In this document: piece by piece, positions 1 through 12,275 of the stretch
How positions within the stretch are numbered: the stretch's first letter is position 1
How the letters are laid out: each line of letters begins with the position of its first letter
Source: Selaginella moellendorffii
Lineage: Eukaryota > Plantae > Lycopodiophyta
DNA: 64,000 nucleotides
Reading direction: 5' to 3'
Assembly: GCF_000143415.4 (NCBI RefSeq)
Contig: NW_003314270.1
Span: forward strand, 310,001 to 374,000
Notes under the pieces: model-generated
What the model saw: only the letters and a program-made list of their open reading frames with translations
Database searches by the model: none
What the model was told of the DNA's origin: nothing
Position numbers and translations under genes: made by a program

Positions 1-2
1 AA

Positions 3-194
3 TGGTATATACATACTCATACTCAAGGTCATGAAATCTCATTTTGGCAACATCCTATGAAGTGCTCCAAGTTTAAGGCTGAGGGATTTGTGGAGCATAC
101 CCATACTCAAGAGAGATGTGTGTGGAATCCACAGGATGGGCTGCTTGATGTGTACGAGAGGGACCTCCTTGCAAAGCTGTTTCAGGAGGACTGA
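3..194 (+). CDS. 3' end of an unidentified coding sequence entering from the left edge
   Basis: Open frame from the window edge to TGA at 192-194 (WYIHTHTQGHEISFWQHPMKC...EHTHTQERCVWNPQDGLLDVYERDLLAKLFQED*), followed by an abrupt shift to AT-rich UTR-like sequence. No family recognised. Confidence 0.4.
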   Translation, partial: WYIHTHTQGHEISFWQHPMKCSKFKAEGFVEHTHTQERCVWNPQDGLLDVYERDLLAKLFQED

Positions 195-680
195 AGATCA
201 TACCAATTGATTTATATTGTGTTTGTGTTACCAATTATTTTTTTTATCCTCTTGAATAACATTGCAAAACAAAAAACTAGTCTTTGTTCCTCTTGTGAAT
301 ATTTATATTATTATTATAATTATTAGTAACACTAATATTATTTGGTATTTTGGTTTGCTAGTAAATATATTTAGCTACATAATTGTATAGCTAAAAGTCT
401 TTTAGAATGAGTAACTTTTTTTTCTTACATAATTTCAAAATTAGAAATGTCACTTCCACATTCTTTCAAAGTTTAAGCGCATTTGCTTTTAGTCTCTCAT
501 AGCCCCTAAACAAACAAATAGAAATGTTGAGCACACTTCATCAATTCAAAAAAATTAATCATTAAAAGCTTACTAGATTATATACAGATCTACCAATAAA
601 GAGAGCCAGGTCAACAAAAAGAGTCATTAAAAATAAAATTTTAAAATATTTTAGTACACTAAAGAATATTTTCTTAATGT

Positions 681-820
681 TTTATGCACATTTCTATATT
701 CCATTTCCATATTCCATGCACTCACATTGGTGGAGATGAGGGGCATTATAATTGTCCCTGAGGAGTATTTGGATTTGGGATTTTAATTTAGATCTAGCTT
801 TTGCATCATTTAAATTTCCA
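681..820. repeat. About 140-bp dispersed repeat, inverted copy at about 10148-10285
   Basis: Reverse complement of 681-820 (aaatgatgcaaaagctagatctaaattaaaatcccaaatccaaatactc...atctccaccaatgtgagtg...gaaatggaatatagaaatgtg) aligns with 10157-10282 (aaataatgcaaaaactagatttaaaccaaaatcccaaatccaaacactc...atctccaccaatgtaagtg...gaaatggaatatagaaatgtg). Confidence 0.75.
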
Positions 821-849
821 TTTCCTTATAGTTTTTATGTTATGCAATT

Positions 850-3450
850 GTAATTGAATAATTAAACTCAATTCATGGCAGCATTTATGACGTGCAATAC
901 AGCTCTTCTTACTTTTGCTGCCAATCCTCGTGTTTGGATGGAGTTCTTCTATGGGAGTCCTAGGGATAATATGTACCATTGGTTTAATCACTTTATAATG
1001 ATTATTATATATAATTCTTGGGATGATGCTTGGTATTTGCATGAATTTCCCATATGTCTTTAAAGGATAGCACTGCAATTGTATAATAGTTTAAGCATAA
1101 CCACTCATAAGGATTGAAGCATTCTCCTAGACGTCTTCAAATGCGTATTTGGACATGCTAGTGATCATGATGATGCCTTCTAACAAATGCATCATCTTTG
1201 TCAAGGGCTATCCGAGTTTGTGATAAAAAAGCTGTATAGGTATTTCTATTGGCCGAAGATGTGATGTAATATTATCTAATATGTGCATAGCTATGTTTGG
1301 TGCCAGGCTCATAATATTCCCTTTCATATTGCAGTATGATGGTTGGCCTCCTTAATCAAGTGGTTTCAACATTTTTGTCCAAAGGAAATTTTTTTAGATA
1401 ATAGTCTCACATTTATAGTAGAAGCATTTCAAGTTTTGACATCTTATGCCACACTATTATCCATAGTTAGATGGTTTAGTGAAATACATTATTTGGATTT
1501 TCAAAGGGATAATCATGAAGTAAATGAACTTTTAGCAATTAAATTGGGATAGTTAGTTGCCATCTCTTTGATATGCATATGTCACAGGGGTATAGAGTTC
1601 TATTGGTGCTTTATTATATAAACTCTTATTTGGTTATGATTCAATACTATAACAGAGTTAAGTTTACCTTTACAATTGCTACGAGCTACTGATACTAGAT
1701 CTTGGGATCAATATTTAATGAAACTCTGAAGTGTATGAATGATGTGCAACACTTCCTGGGCAAGATGCAGTATCTCGGTAGTTTTGTTGATCATCTTTTT
1801 TATCACACTACACTGTTGCGAGTATTGCTAAAGTCATCAATATCATCTTTCATTTAGTCTACATATTGTGAGCGAGCATTTACAGATCTCAAAGAGCTAT
1901 TGACGACTCTTCCAATTTTGGTATATCCTAACTATACTTAACCTTTTATTTTGCATATGGATGCTTTTGACATTAGTTTTAGAGGTGTATTGATGCAAAA
2001 ACGCCCAAGTGTGTTTGATCAGCACAATCCCATTACATATATCAACTGTACATTACAACTAATGGAGGTGAATTACTCTATGATAAAAGAGTGTTTAGTA
2101 GTAGTTTGGGGTTTTAAAAAACTTCATATATATTTACATAGTTCTTAGACATTACTAAAAGGTGATCATGCTACTGTTACTTCATTATTAAAATAAAAGA
2201 ATTTAGTTGGTTGTATTGCTTAATGGGTTTTGAAGCTTTAAATATATAATTTTGATGTTGCTTATTACTTGAAGAGTTCTATGGTTGATGCTAATGCCCT
2301 TTCTCAAGCTCCTCTTCCTTCTTTAATCTTTTTTCATATTTTTAATAAGCCTATTGCTTTCACATCTATGGATTTTTTAAATGAGGATTCCATGCTGTCT
2401 GTGGTTGTTGTATTTGATGTTCAGTGTCCATAAGATGCAAAGCAAGATTTACCCTCTTTTGATGAGGTTTGCAAGGTTTAAAATATTGAATTATGGATTT
2501 GAAAACTTCATAATAGGTTTAAGAATTTTACATCACTTGCTGATGACTTGCCATTTCGGCATTTATATTTTTAATATCATCTTGAGGCTAGTCTTCTTTA
2601 TTTTGTAGGGATGAATCTTGATAATCATTTATAGTTAGTGTTACCTTTGATATTTATTCTATACTTTCTCTATACCTACCATGATTCTTTTATTCTAGGT
2701 AGGCATATAGGACATTGTCATATTGTTCTCATAAGATTCATCCTGTAGCCTTGGTAGAAATTGGTGATTCCCTCTTCCACCCAGATCTTTCTTATGCAAT
2801 CTACAACACTAGTGTATTTCATATGAGTAAAGGAGTTATATAAGTTTTTCCATTGGTTGGAGATGTGATGTAATGTTATCGGATATATGCATAGCTATAT
2901 TTGGTGCCAAGCTTGTAATATTCTCCCTCGTGCAATAGAAAGACAATTAGAATTAATTGTAATTTCCCTTTCATTTGAGTTAGTGGTGTTTGATATAATG
3001 GGGTTCTTTCCACAATAGACTACTAACAATGAGTATATCATTATTATTTTTGATTACTTGACTTATTAGGTTGAAATTGGTGCTCTTGGTAGTGCATCTG
3101 CCATTACTATTAGTTATTTCCTCTTTAATTGAGTGGTATTTTAATATTGTTGTCCGGAACAGATTCTTTTGGATAATAGTCCTGTATTTATAGTAGAGGC
3201 ATTTCACATTTTGACATCTCATTTAGGGATATTTGGTGGAACGGCTCTAAAAGGATGATATAAACTTTTAGCATTTGTATGCATATGTCATAGGGGTGGT
3301 GTTCTATTGGTGTTTCATTATAAAAACTTTTATATAGTCATAATTCAATATTATCAACAGAGTTGAGTTTACTTTTGCGATTGCTATGGGCTGTCGATGC
3401 TAGATCATGGGATTAATATTTGACAAACATTCTTCCATTTGTTTGAATAA
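850..3450 (+). mobile_element. Degenerate Ty3/gypsy LTR-retrotransposon relic (gag-like, RT thumb, RNase H, two integrase fragments)
   Basis: 1720-1965 reads DVQHFLGKMQYLGSFV...CERAFTDLKELLTTLPILVYPNYT*PFILHMDA; 1951-2148 LHMDA..GVLMQ..PITY..EVNYSMIKECLVVVWGFKKLHIYL is gypsy RNase H; integrase zinc-finger region FYWPKM..YVHSYVWCQA at about 1243-1310 and again at about 2846-2915. Many stops and frameshifts. Confidence 0.85.
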
Positions 3451-3710
3451 AATTTGTGAAACATTTAGGTAGTGTATAAGTGGGATAACAACAACACTAC
3501 AACTCCCATCATCGTCTATTTATGAAGTACAAAATGGATGATTTAATGTTATTTTGTTTTTTCAATCTTATGATACGTGATTTATTTAAAAGGCTCTTTA
3601 CTCAATGAAAAGGACCACATCAAGTATTGCAAAGCTTCACCTTATTATTTCCATTGTGTAAGTTATAAGTTCTCTCCACTGATGATAACTGTAGGGCCTT
3701 CTGAGCAATA

Positions 3711-3885
3711 GAGACTTCCAGCTTCCTTTCTAACATGTATTCTTCAGGTGAGAGTGCTGTCGGACATGGAAAAGTGTTCCGGTGTGAATATGAAATCCCT
3801 ACTCAACTCAAAAGAGCTCAAGTCGAAAGCACAAATGATAATGAAGTTTTCACTTTCATTGCTGGCAGCACTTAAAACTACCTGC
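3711..3885 (+). pseudogene. Degenerate copy of a Pol theta (TEB) intron end plus exon (copy alpha)
   Basis: ttcttcaggtgagagtgctgtcggacatggaaaagtgt...ggtgtgaatatgaaatcc...aaagagctcaagtcgaaagcacaaat matches the reverse complement of about 20600-20815 ([18 protein letters not shown]...KELESKAQI). Confidence 0.8.
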
Positions 3886-4011
3886 TGATCATCTAAGGGG
3901 ATGAAATGCATCCAGGAAACTACAGCATAGTATGCAAAAGCTTTGCCACCAGGAAGAAAGACCGTGAACAAACCCAGGATTTCAAATATAAAGCTGTGAG
4001 CCCTTGTTCTC

Positions 4012-4723
4012 TCAGGTCTTCCATATGTTCTCACTGTTCTCTTGGGTCGGGTCATGGCAAGTGGGAAACTCTGTCTCCGCAATGCTTCTTTGTTCGTGGC
4101 TCGCACTTGTTTCGTGGATTGGGCTCTCGACTGGAGTGGCGGGAGTGAAAACGAAAGCAAAGAGAAAGAAAGGAACTCTACAAAACGAGAAGAGATGTTT
4201 CGAAGCGGTCCGTAGCATCCGTGCCGCCATTGCTGCCGCTCGGCACTGGCGGCGATGACAATGGCGGGGGAGGTGGCGGTGGCGGAAGCGGCAGTTCCTC
4301 GACAAGCGGTCCATCGACAAGAGCCGATAAGCGGTGTATCACGTCCCACAGGACGTGGGCAGCATCCGAGGGAAAGCGTCGTTCGCGCCGAGAGCTCGGA
4401 GTAAAGTTGTCGCAGCTGAACGAGTCCAGAGTGTCCGGCTCATTGGAGAAGTTATCCGTGACTTCTTCCTCGTTGGGCGGATCGGGCTTGGGCGGATCAT
4501 TGCGTGAATTGGGCGGATTCGGCTCCCCTTCGCCAGCCGCCACCAGCTGCTGCTGCATCGCTGCTGGCTCACTGCTGCTCGGTTCGCCGCCGCCGTCGTC
4601 TTCTTCCCACACGGTCCTGCTCCAAGTGATCCGGGATTCTTTGTATGTCTCGAGCTCAACGCGTTTCCCGTAGAAACGGACACCTACGCAAATCAGACAT
4701 GGTGAGCAAGGATTGGAAAGCAA
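4012..4723 (-). CDS. Hypothetical Pro-rich, largely disordered protein (probable ATG near 4558; probably spliced near 4130-4185)
   Basis: GC-rich ORF 4178-4723 (MQQQLVAAGEGEPNPP...HVLWDVIHRLSALVDG...PPPPPPP), then a pyrimidine tract ending in CAG near 4131. Divergent from the F-box gene. Exon structure uncertain. Confidence 0.4.
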
Positions 4724-5041
4724 GAGAGTCGTGACAAACTTGAGCCGCGAACTCGAGTCCAGCCGTTGTGACTCCCGCCCAGAGCAACCAGAGGGGAGAA
4801 TGAATTAGCTAGGAGAAGAACAAGAGAGAAGAAGAAGACAAAGAAGAAACGGCTGCTGCGATCGCCGGGGGAGCCCGGAAAGCCGACACCTACACACAGC
4901 GATGAGACAAAGTCCGGAAGAAGAAAGGAACAAACTTGGGCAGCGACGAGTCCAGCCCATTTTTCGTGATCATCGATTGGCGATCAAAGATCTCGTCCGT
5001 ACGCGACTTCTATTCTCCGGCCCGGCGGCAAGCTCGTGGCT

Positions 5042-6712
5042 ATGGGTTCCTTCCAGCACGGATCACGGTGTGTGCTGGAAGCTTGGGAGCGTTCTCACGA
5101 CGAACATCACTGCGAGAAAAAGAAAGTTTCGCACTCCTCCTGGAGGCTTGAACCAAAAGCTCCGTCGTGTAGGGTTTGGATGTGGCGCTGTTGTGACGAT
5201 GTTCCGGATGAGCTGCTCATCCGGATCATGTCCCTCCTCCCCTCCTCCCGCGACTTGCATTCTTCTTCCCTGGTAAGCAAGAGGTGGGCGCGCCTGGCAC
5301 GCCTCGTCACGCATCTTTGCCTCGACTCGAGCAGTCCTGGCGTGGAGCAGGGCCTCGCGCGCTGGTTTGGTCATCACAACAGCCTCCGCCAGCTATCGAT
5401 CCAGAGCTTCTTCCAGCACCAGCCGGACTGCAGCTCCACTCGCTGGCTGCACCAGGTCGGGAAAAGTCTCCACTCGTTGAGCATCTCGAGCACCAGCTCG
5501 CAGCACAAGTTCGATGGCTTCTGGTCCAACGTCTCGGCCTGCCAGGAGCTCCGCTGCCTCCACGTCCATGGCAAGCAACTCGCCCAGCTTGGCGATGCAA
5601 CTTTGCCTTCACCGCTGCTGCCCAATCTCCTCTTCCTCACCCTCCGCGCAAGGGTGGACGTGACTTCCCTTCAGCAGCTGCTCGACCTCTGCCCCTCGCT
5701 CCTGGTGGTGCGCATCAACGGGCTATTGGTGAGATCCTCGGGTACGTAAAAGCCATAGCTCCATATGTTTGCCCAGTTCCAAGCTCGATCCTGATTCTCG
5801 TGAGTGTGGTTCATGCAGGGACCTACGTGCTCAAGAGCCGCACTCTTGTCAGCTGCCAGTCCGAAGGCTACTTTGATGGCGGCCTCGACAACGTCACCAT
5901 TGGTCTCGACGCGCCGAAGCTCCGGTGGATGTTCCTTGTCGCCCCGCGCATCGTGCTGCTGCCTGCTACGTGCAACATAGACTGGATCCGGATGACTGGA
6001 ATCATGGGTGGAATCCAGGGGCTGCGCTACTCGAGGCTCACAAAGCTTGCGTTCACCAACCCGTTCTACAGCTCCGCCCAAGTTATGGACAAGGTGGCGA
6101 GGTACTTCGCTTGCAGGAAGTCGAGCCTATGCGGGATCAAGACGTTCTACTATTCCGTTTTTGACGATGGCATGCCACTGTTTTCTGTCGATCTTGCTGC
6201 ATTGCTGGAGCCTTTCCAGGGCCTTGAGATGTTCATCGTCAGTTTCAAGAGCATCAAGGTTAGTGTTTTGGTAATTGTTCTCTTCCCCTCGTGATTTGTG
6301 TGTACGTGGTGACTGAATGCAGTTGCTCAACGTTGCAAACTGCACCAACCCCTTGACAGTCTATGTGGAGTACTTCTGCGTCACGCACGTCTGGGAAAGT
6401 GAAGGTCCCGAACTGGAGGTCATCCGCGAGCTGCTGAGGAGAAGCAGCGGCACCACTCTGGAGTTGAGGGGCTTCTACATTAGAGAGGATGTGAACCCCG
6501 AGATCCCTCCGTTGCTTCAGGAGCTTCCAAAGGAATTCCCAGGACGCGTCAAGCTGCCACCCCTGCAGCTTGTGCCCCGGCCCACCTGCGGCATTCTGTG
6601 GCGGTCCTGGCAAACAAGTGTTGCCATGGAAGATCCCTACACTGGATTCAGCAACCACTGGTGCAACTTAGTGTACGGGTGGCAGTCCGAAAGGCCATGC
6701 GCGTGGGAGTAG
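5042..6712 (+). CDS. F-box/LRR-like protein, copy 1 (exons 5042 or 5180-5741, 5819-6258, 6323-6712)
   Basis: F-box motif DDVPDELLIRIMSLLPSSRDLHSSSLVSKRW followed by LRR-like LRQLSI/LHSLSI/LRCLHV/LLDLCPSL; two GT-AG introns join three ORFs in frame. Confidence 0.85.
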
Positions 6713-6792
6713 CAGTCGCTCTTCAAGACGATGGCAACAATTTTGAGCTGCAAGGTATTCCAAGTACATTTGCAATCCTTCTTTTGATCACC

Positions 6793-7012
6793 TTCTGACA
6801 GATACTTTTCAGGTGAGAGTGCTGTCTCGGACGTGGAAAAATGTCCCATTGGTGTAACTTTGACGTCCTGATTTATTGCTCGTCATCTTCTCGAGGCAAA
6901 CTGAAAGCACAATTCATGGCAGTTTCACTTGCAGACTTTGCAGACCTTCTCTACAGGCACTTGAAGCTACTTGTGCCTCCTGGAAAACAATATCCTAGTA
7001 CGGAGAAGCAAG
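6793..7012 (+). pseudogene. Copy of Pol theta intron end plus exon in the F-box 3' region (copy beta)
   Basis: cttctgacagatacttttcag|gtgagagtgctgtctcggacgtggaaaaatgtcccattggtgt...gaccttctctacaggcacttgaagctacttgtgcctcctggaaaacaatatcctagtacgga matches the reverse complement of about 20540-20805. Confidence 0.85.
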
Positions 7013-7349
7013 CGCAAATTTGCGTTCACATCATGCAGCAGCAGCCTCAAGTATGGATTGCTGCTGCATGGCAATCTCAAGTGCTACACAACAGCTTCAA
7101 GAAAAACGATTTGCGCCACCTTCTCGGCTTTGGTCTGCGTCGACGTTCAGACTTGAAGTCACTCGCTCAAGATCATCCACAAGCAGAGCAACATCCTCTT
7201 GACTCAGGCTCTCGGCTCTTCTCTAGAGCAGCCTCTTGCTCAAGTCGGGATGGTGAAAACGTTTGACTGAAGCAAGGACGGGCTCTATAACTGATATGAT
7301 GCAATGTGCCACGTAGCATTATGCATACAATATTGGTTGTATGCATAGC

Positions 7350-7890
7350 ATGTTCTAACGACTTTGTATCATCGTGAGCCTGTGAGGTCTTTTGGAGCAT
7401 GAGTCAGTAACTTACAATGCATTGATTGGGTTCTACATCCAAAATGGCAATTGCAAGGGAGCTCTCAAAGTTTCTAGGCTCATGGTATCAAGCTCAACAT
7501 TAATATATAGCATCGTAATTATTTAGTTGGACTTTACATCATCTCCCTCATTTGGAGGGCAATTATCTCAGCTACTATCAATGATTAATGCTTGTGTTGG
7601 TATGGGGAATTTGCCACAAGAACACTATAGAAACCTGGTGTGGAGACTCTATATTAGTGTTCCACCATCATGATGTTATATCTTGGAACTTGATCCTCTC
7701 GTGCTATGCTCAGAATGGAAAAAGTGAGGAGTCTTTTGAGTTGGGAGATGAGGCTGGATGGATCTTGTCAACTAGACATGATCACTCTACATCCAGGTGG
7801 CTGTATGTGGTCTCAATAGGGCACACTATTCCATCCCATGTAGTAGAGAAGATGCTGGCATATTCTCAAACACACAGCCCAATGCAGGTC
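7350..7890 (+). pseudogene. Highly degenerate PPR relic
   Basis: Residual motifs VTYNALIGFYIQNGNCKGALKV (about 7407-7475) and HDVISWNLILSCYAQNGKSEESFEL (about 7669-7745), with frameshifts. Confidence 0.6.
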
Positions 7891-10444
7891 TAAGATGTAA
7901 CTGACTTATACTTGCCTTACAAAATGGGTTTGTGTTTTGGCTCTGGCTGCTACTCTAACCCTAAGTTTGGCAAGTTGACGGATTTTATTTTTTAACTCAA
8001 AGTTTTATTCTTTTTTATTTTCAATTCTTCAAAGTGAACTCTAGTTTTTTCTTGGCTCTTTTTACTTCAATAGAAACAAATTCTTGTGAAGGTTGGTTTT
8101 TCTTTTTATTCTTTAGTTTTTTTTTTTTATTTCTTTTTGGTTTTGTAGTTTCACAAGCAAAGAGGACAAAGTTGACCATCCTAAAAGCCATTATTGCATC
8201 ACTTGTCTTTGGAAAAGCAAATTCAGCCCAAATTCCTGAGCTTAAGATTTTATTTATATATGGTTTCGAAATCCTTTTTTTTTTTTATTTGTTTTTTTCC
8301 TAGGTATGGAACTTATAAAGTTCATTTTGAAAAGAACACTCTGCGAAGTGCAAAATACCTAACTTATATAATGGATTATACAAATATGCATGGCTTGCAA
8401 ACCTTAATTGTATATAGCAATTTATTCATGTTATGTAATAAGTTTACAGCTGGTAAATACTTTTCACTTACAAGGTTCGTAACTTATTCTTTAAAAATTA
8501 GCAAGTTTATAATTCTTTCCTTTTATATGGGTTGAACGACATAAAAACCCCAACTTACCACCATGGAACTTTAGGGAAAGTTCTTTATACAGATTATTTT
8601 GATGTTAAATAAAATAATAATCAACTAGAGGTGCTTCTATATCATCTTTAATGGCTACTAGAGTTTATCCACAAGCTATAAATGCTGTTGTAATCAAAAC
8701 TGGTATCTTTCTTAAAATAAAGATTGGTTTTTCTTATAATCCTTTAGACATGATTATAATAATATTTTTTCCTATTTAGTTTTCCATTTCTAAGATATTG
8801 TTCACAGCTCTATATGCATCTAGATCATGAAGAAAAATATCATTATATTGTAGCAGATCTATATGCTAGATACATGCTAAAGTTTTTATTTTTTAATATT
8901 ATGAAAAGCATGAATGTATCAAGTGATTTAGCAACACTTGGAAGTTGATTCAAATGAAATTAAAAGGCTTAATGAAGTTTATAAAATGCACTACGGCCTT
9001 ATTTCTAAAGACAAAGTAATGTAAATTATTTATATTTCATTTCAACTCTAATATTTCATCCCTAACAACCAATATAACCTTACTCAAGCTAAAAGTCTTT
9101 TCTCATTTTGCTCTCTTATAATGTTAGAGGAGACAAAAGATTGATGGAATATAAAGTTATAGTGCATGATAAAATGGTGGATAAAATTTATAATTTTGGA
9201 TGAAGGGTCTATGATTAAGTTTGATATGGAGTTCTCAAAAAAGATTGTTATTTATTTGTCTTCAACATGGTTTTTTCTATCGAATAAAGAAAATATTATT
9301 GTCTATTTTGAGACATAAAAAAATTCAACTGTGGAAATCGCCAACAACTAAAAATAAATACACTTGTCTCTTATCTATTTTTTAATTGCTTTTTCTATAA
9401 TACAAATATCTATTCGTGTAACTTTGAAGTAGTGTTTCTCTTAACAATTCTTAGACTTTAAAGCACACAAACTAGCAATCTAGAATAACTATCACAACAA
9501 CTCACAAAATTGTTATTAATTGGATGCATTATATAACAACTTGAAATTCCCTAGCTAAACAATGTAAGAACAATACAAGATAACTAGTGAATAAGATATA
9601 GAAAGCATACCATTAGTAGCAAAACTTCATAGTACTCATTATTAGTGTTATTGTAACTTGCTACAGCAAAGAAAGAAACTCTATCGAATCATACTTTTAC
9701 TTGAACAATTTAGTCTTTTTTGAACTAGGAACTCTAATGCACTTTAAATATGTTTGTTTTAAGTTTTAGCATTAATGTTTGACTTTATTGAGTGTAAAAT
9801 TTATGACTCCTTTCGCATATTAGAATCGAAAGTTTGTCTGAGGACATAATCAAAGAAAATTCGTTCTCTACAAAACAAACTTAAGAATTTGAGAATTTAT
9901 CTATCAATTATTTATACATCTCTTTCTTATGTTAGAAAAAAAAATACTCACTACTTTGAGTTTAACTGTTCAACTGCAACCGAATGGCATTGATTACTAC
10001 TCCAAAGTCAAAGGAAGAGAAAGTTGTTACTTTGCCATAAAGATGAATAAAAAGGAAAAAAAGAGGAGCAAGCTACTACTTTGTTATGAAGATGAACAAA
10101 AAAAAAAAAAAATTAAAAGAGAAGAAATGAAAAAAAATATAAAGAAAGGAAGATTTAAATAATGCAAAAACTAGATTTAAACCAAAATCCCAAATCCAAA
10201 CACTCATTAGGAAGAATTAAAGTTGTCTTTTATCTCCACCAATGTAAGTGTATAGTTTATAGAAATGGAATATAGAAATGTGTATATCAAACTTTAGCTT
10301 ATATTTATGAGCAAGTGGTCTAAATTAAAATCAATCTGACGGCTATTAAAATCCCATTATGCTAATATTAGTATATAGCATTATAGCCATACACTTGGAC
10401 TTCACACATACAAATGACTATAAATCAGAAAAAGTAGAACATTT

Positions 10445-10800
10445 AAAATAGAAACAATGGCAATGTCATATATACAAGAAAAAAATATAAAAATTACAGA
10501 TAATAGATTTATATAGAAACCTGGAATAAATATACAAATATGCAGAAAACAACTACAAAAATATATAAATAAAATAGATAATAAAAAACCAGTAATAATT
10601 ACAAGAGATTTCAATATTGACTATCGAAAAGAAGAAGCAAAACCACTTAAAACAATAATGGAGAAAGAAGGACACATACAAATAATAAAAGACAATACAC
10701 ATAATAAGAAAATAATAGATCATATATGGATAATAGATATAATATATACAAAAGCAGGAATAGCACTGTAGATCATAGCAAATTATATATCATAATAAAA
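10445..10800 (+). mobile_element. Relic of an APE-type (exonuclease-endonuclease-phosphatase) endonuclease, Helentron- or LINE-like
   Basis: Frameshifted translation gives LYR(K)PG...KKPVIITRDFNIDY...QIIKDNTHNKKIIDHIW...DHSKLYI, matching the EEP motifs YRPP, GDFN, IDH and SDH in the correct order. Confidence 0.7.
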
Positions 10801-11139
10801 AATATTTTTAAAAAAAAAGCAAACCAAGCATTGCTGCAACACAACACACAGCAAAAAATTTTTAATTAGAAACTGTTGTTTAAATGATATTGTAATTAAG
10901 ATTATATTGTAATATTGGTCTACTACCTGACTTTCGCCCTGATTTCTATCCAAAAAATGGAGAATGTAATAGCTTGAAGATGACAAGGTGACCAGTGTAC
11001 GCGCCGTTTTGTGTTATAAACTTGCACTACACATGAAAAAGGTTATGCTATGCATCACTATCATGCTGCACTGCTGCTACTAGAGCTGCCAACGTTGCAG
11101 TCATTCACGACATGACATGCGGAATTTTCTTTCTCTCTT

Positions 11140-12275
11140 TTGCCGCATACAGATTTGCTAGCAACACATAAGCGGAACCATTCGATGGGTCCAAGCCCAA
11201 GACGTTTTGACTCGCAAAACTTCCGCGCTTCTCATCCTGTGACTCTTACAGGCTCCTAATAGACACGTCCAGTCTAAATTCTCGGCCGCAAATGGCATGG
11301 TGGCTATGAGTTCTTCAGCCTCGCTCAAGTAACGAGCTCGACTGAGCAATCCCAGCAAGCAGCTGTAATGCTGCTTCTTGTGGGCCATTTCAAAATCAAA
11401 GCGAATCGATCGAAACAAGTTTCTTCCAGAGAACACCTCTCCTTTGTGTGACCACGCCAGGAGTACACACAAAAATGTGACTTCGTCCGGTGTTTCCACA
11501 AGGTTCATCTCGTAAAAGAGCTGGATCGCATCCCTCGACTCTACGTTTTGTGCGAAGCCACCAATAATCGAATTCCAAAGGAGTACATCTTGGCTTAGCA
11601 AGCCTTGAAATGCCCTTTTGGCTCGATCCAGATGACCGTTTTTGGCGTATGCAGTAAGCAAGGCAGTCCATGATAATAGATTTCTGATTTCCATTCTATC
11701 AAAAATTAGTTTCGCTTCTTTAAGGTAACCATGTTGTGCAACTGTGTTTAAGATACCTGTTTTGTGCGTAAGCTGACAACAATGAGGTTAACGCGTACAA
11801 GTTAATCTCGGGCATTCTCTCAAAGAGCTCCCTTACTTTCTCCACTTGGCCGTGTTGCGACCATTGCCGTCCACGTGTACGTGTTGGTTTCTTTCATAGC
11901 ATAGAATATTCTTTCGGCATCCTCGCGTAAGCTATTGCACGACACAAGATTCCATTCCGGCATAGAATCGAACATTTTCTTTGCGAAACCCAGATGCCCT
12001 CTTTCGGCATATGGTCCGTCCACGTGTAGATGTTCCGTTCCGGAATGGAATCGAACGTCTTTCTGGCATCCATCAGGTGGCCATTCTGGCCGTACGCCGA
12101 CATCATGCCGTCCAGGCCGACGTGTCGCGTTCCGGGATGGAATCAAATAGCTCTTTAGCTTCCTGGAGATTCCCCGCCTGCGCAAATGCCCAAAACAACG
12201 CAGTCCAGGAGACGAGATCGCGCTCCGGCATCGTATCGAACAGCGAATTTGCGCGCGCTAGCCGCCCACCACGCG
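11140..12275 (-). pseudogene. PLS/E-type PPR pseudogene (B')
   Basis: 11158-11694 NLLSWTALLTAYAKNGHLDRAKRAF...HYSCLLGLLSRA...MPF; upstream PPR motifs are spread over several frames. Confidence 0.85.

Noticed and set aside
6841-7266. 141-aa ORF containing DLLYRHLKL
   Set aside because: Chance ORF across the Pol theta fragment and unrelated downstream DNA; reported as a pseudogene fragment instead.
7950-10140. AT-rich tract with short Phe- or Lys-rich ORFs
   Set aside because: Low-complexity artefacts of poly-T and poly-A runs; no element boundaries seen.
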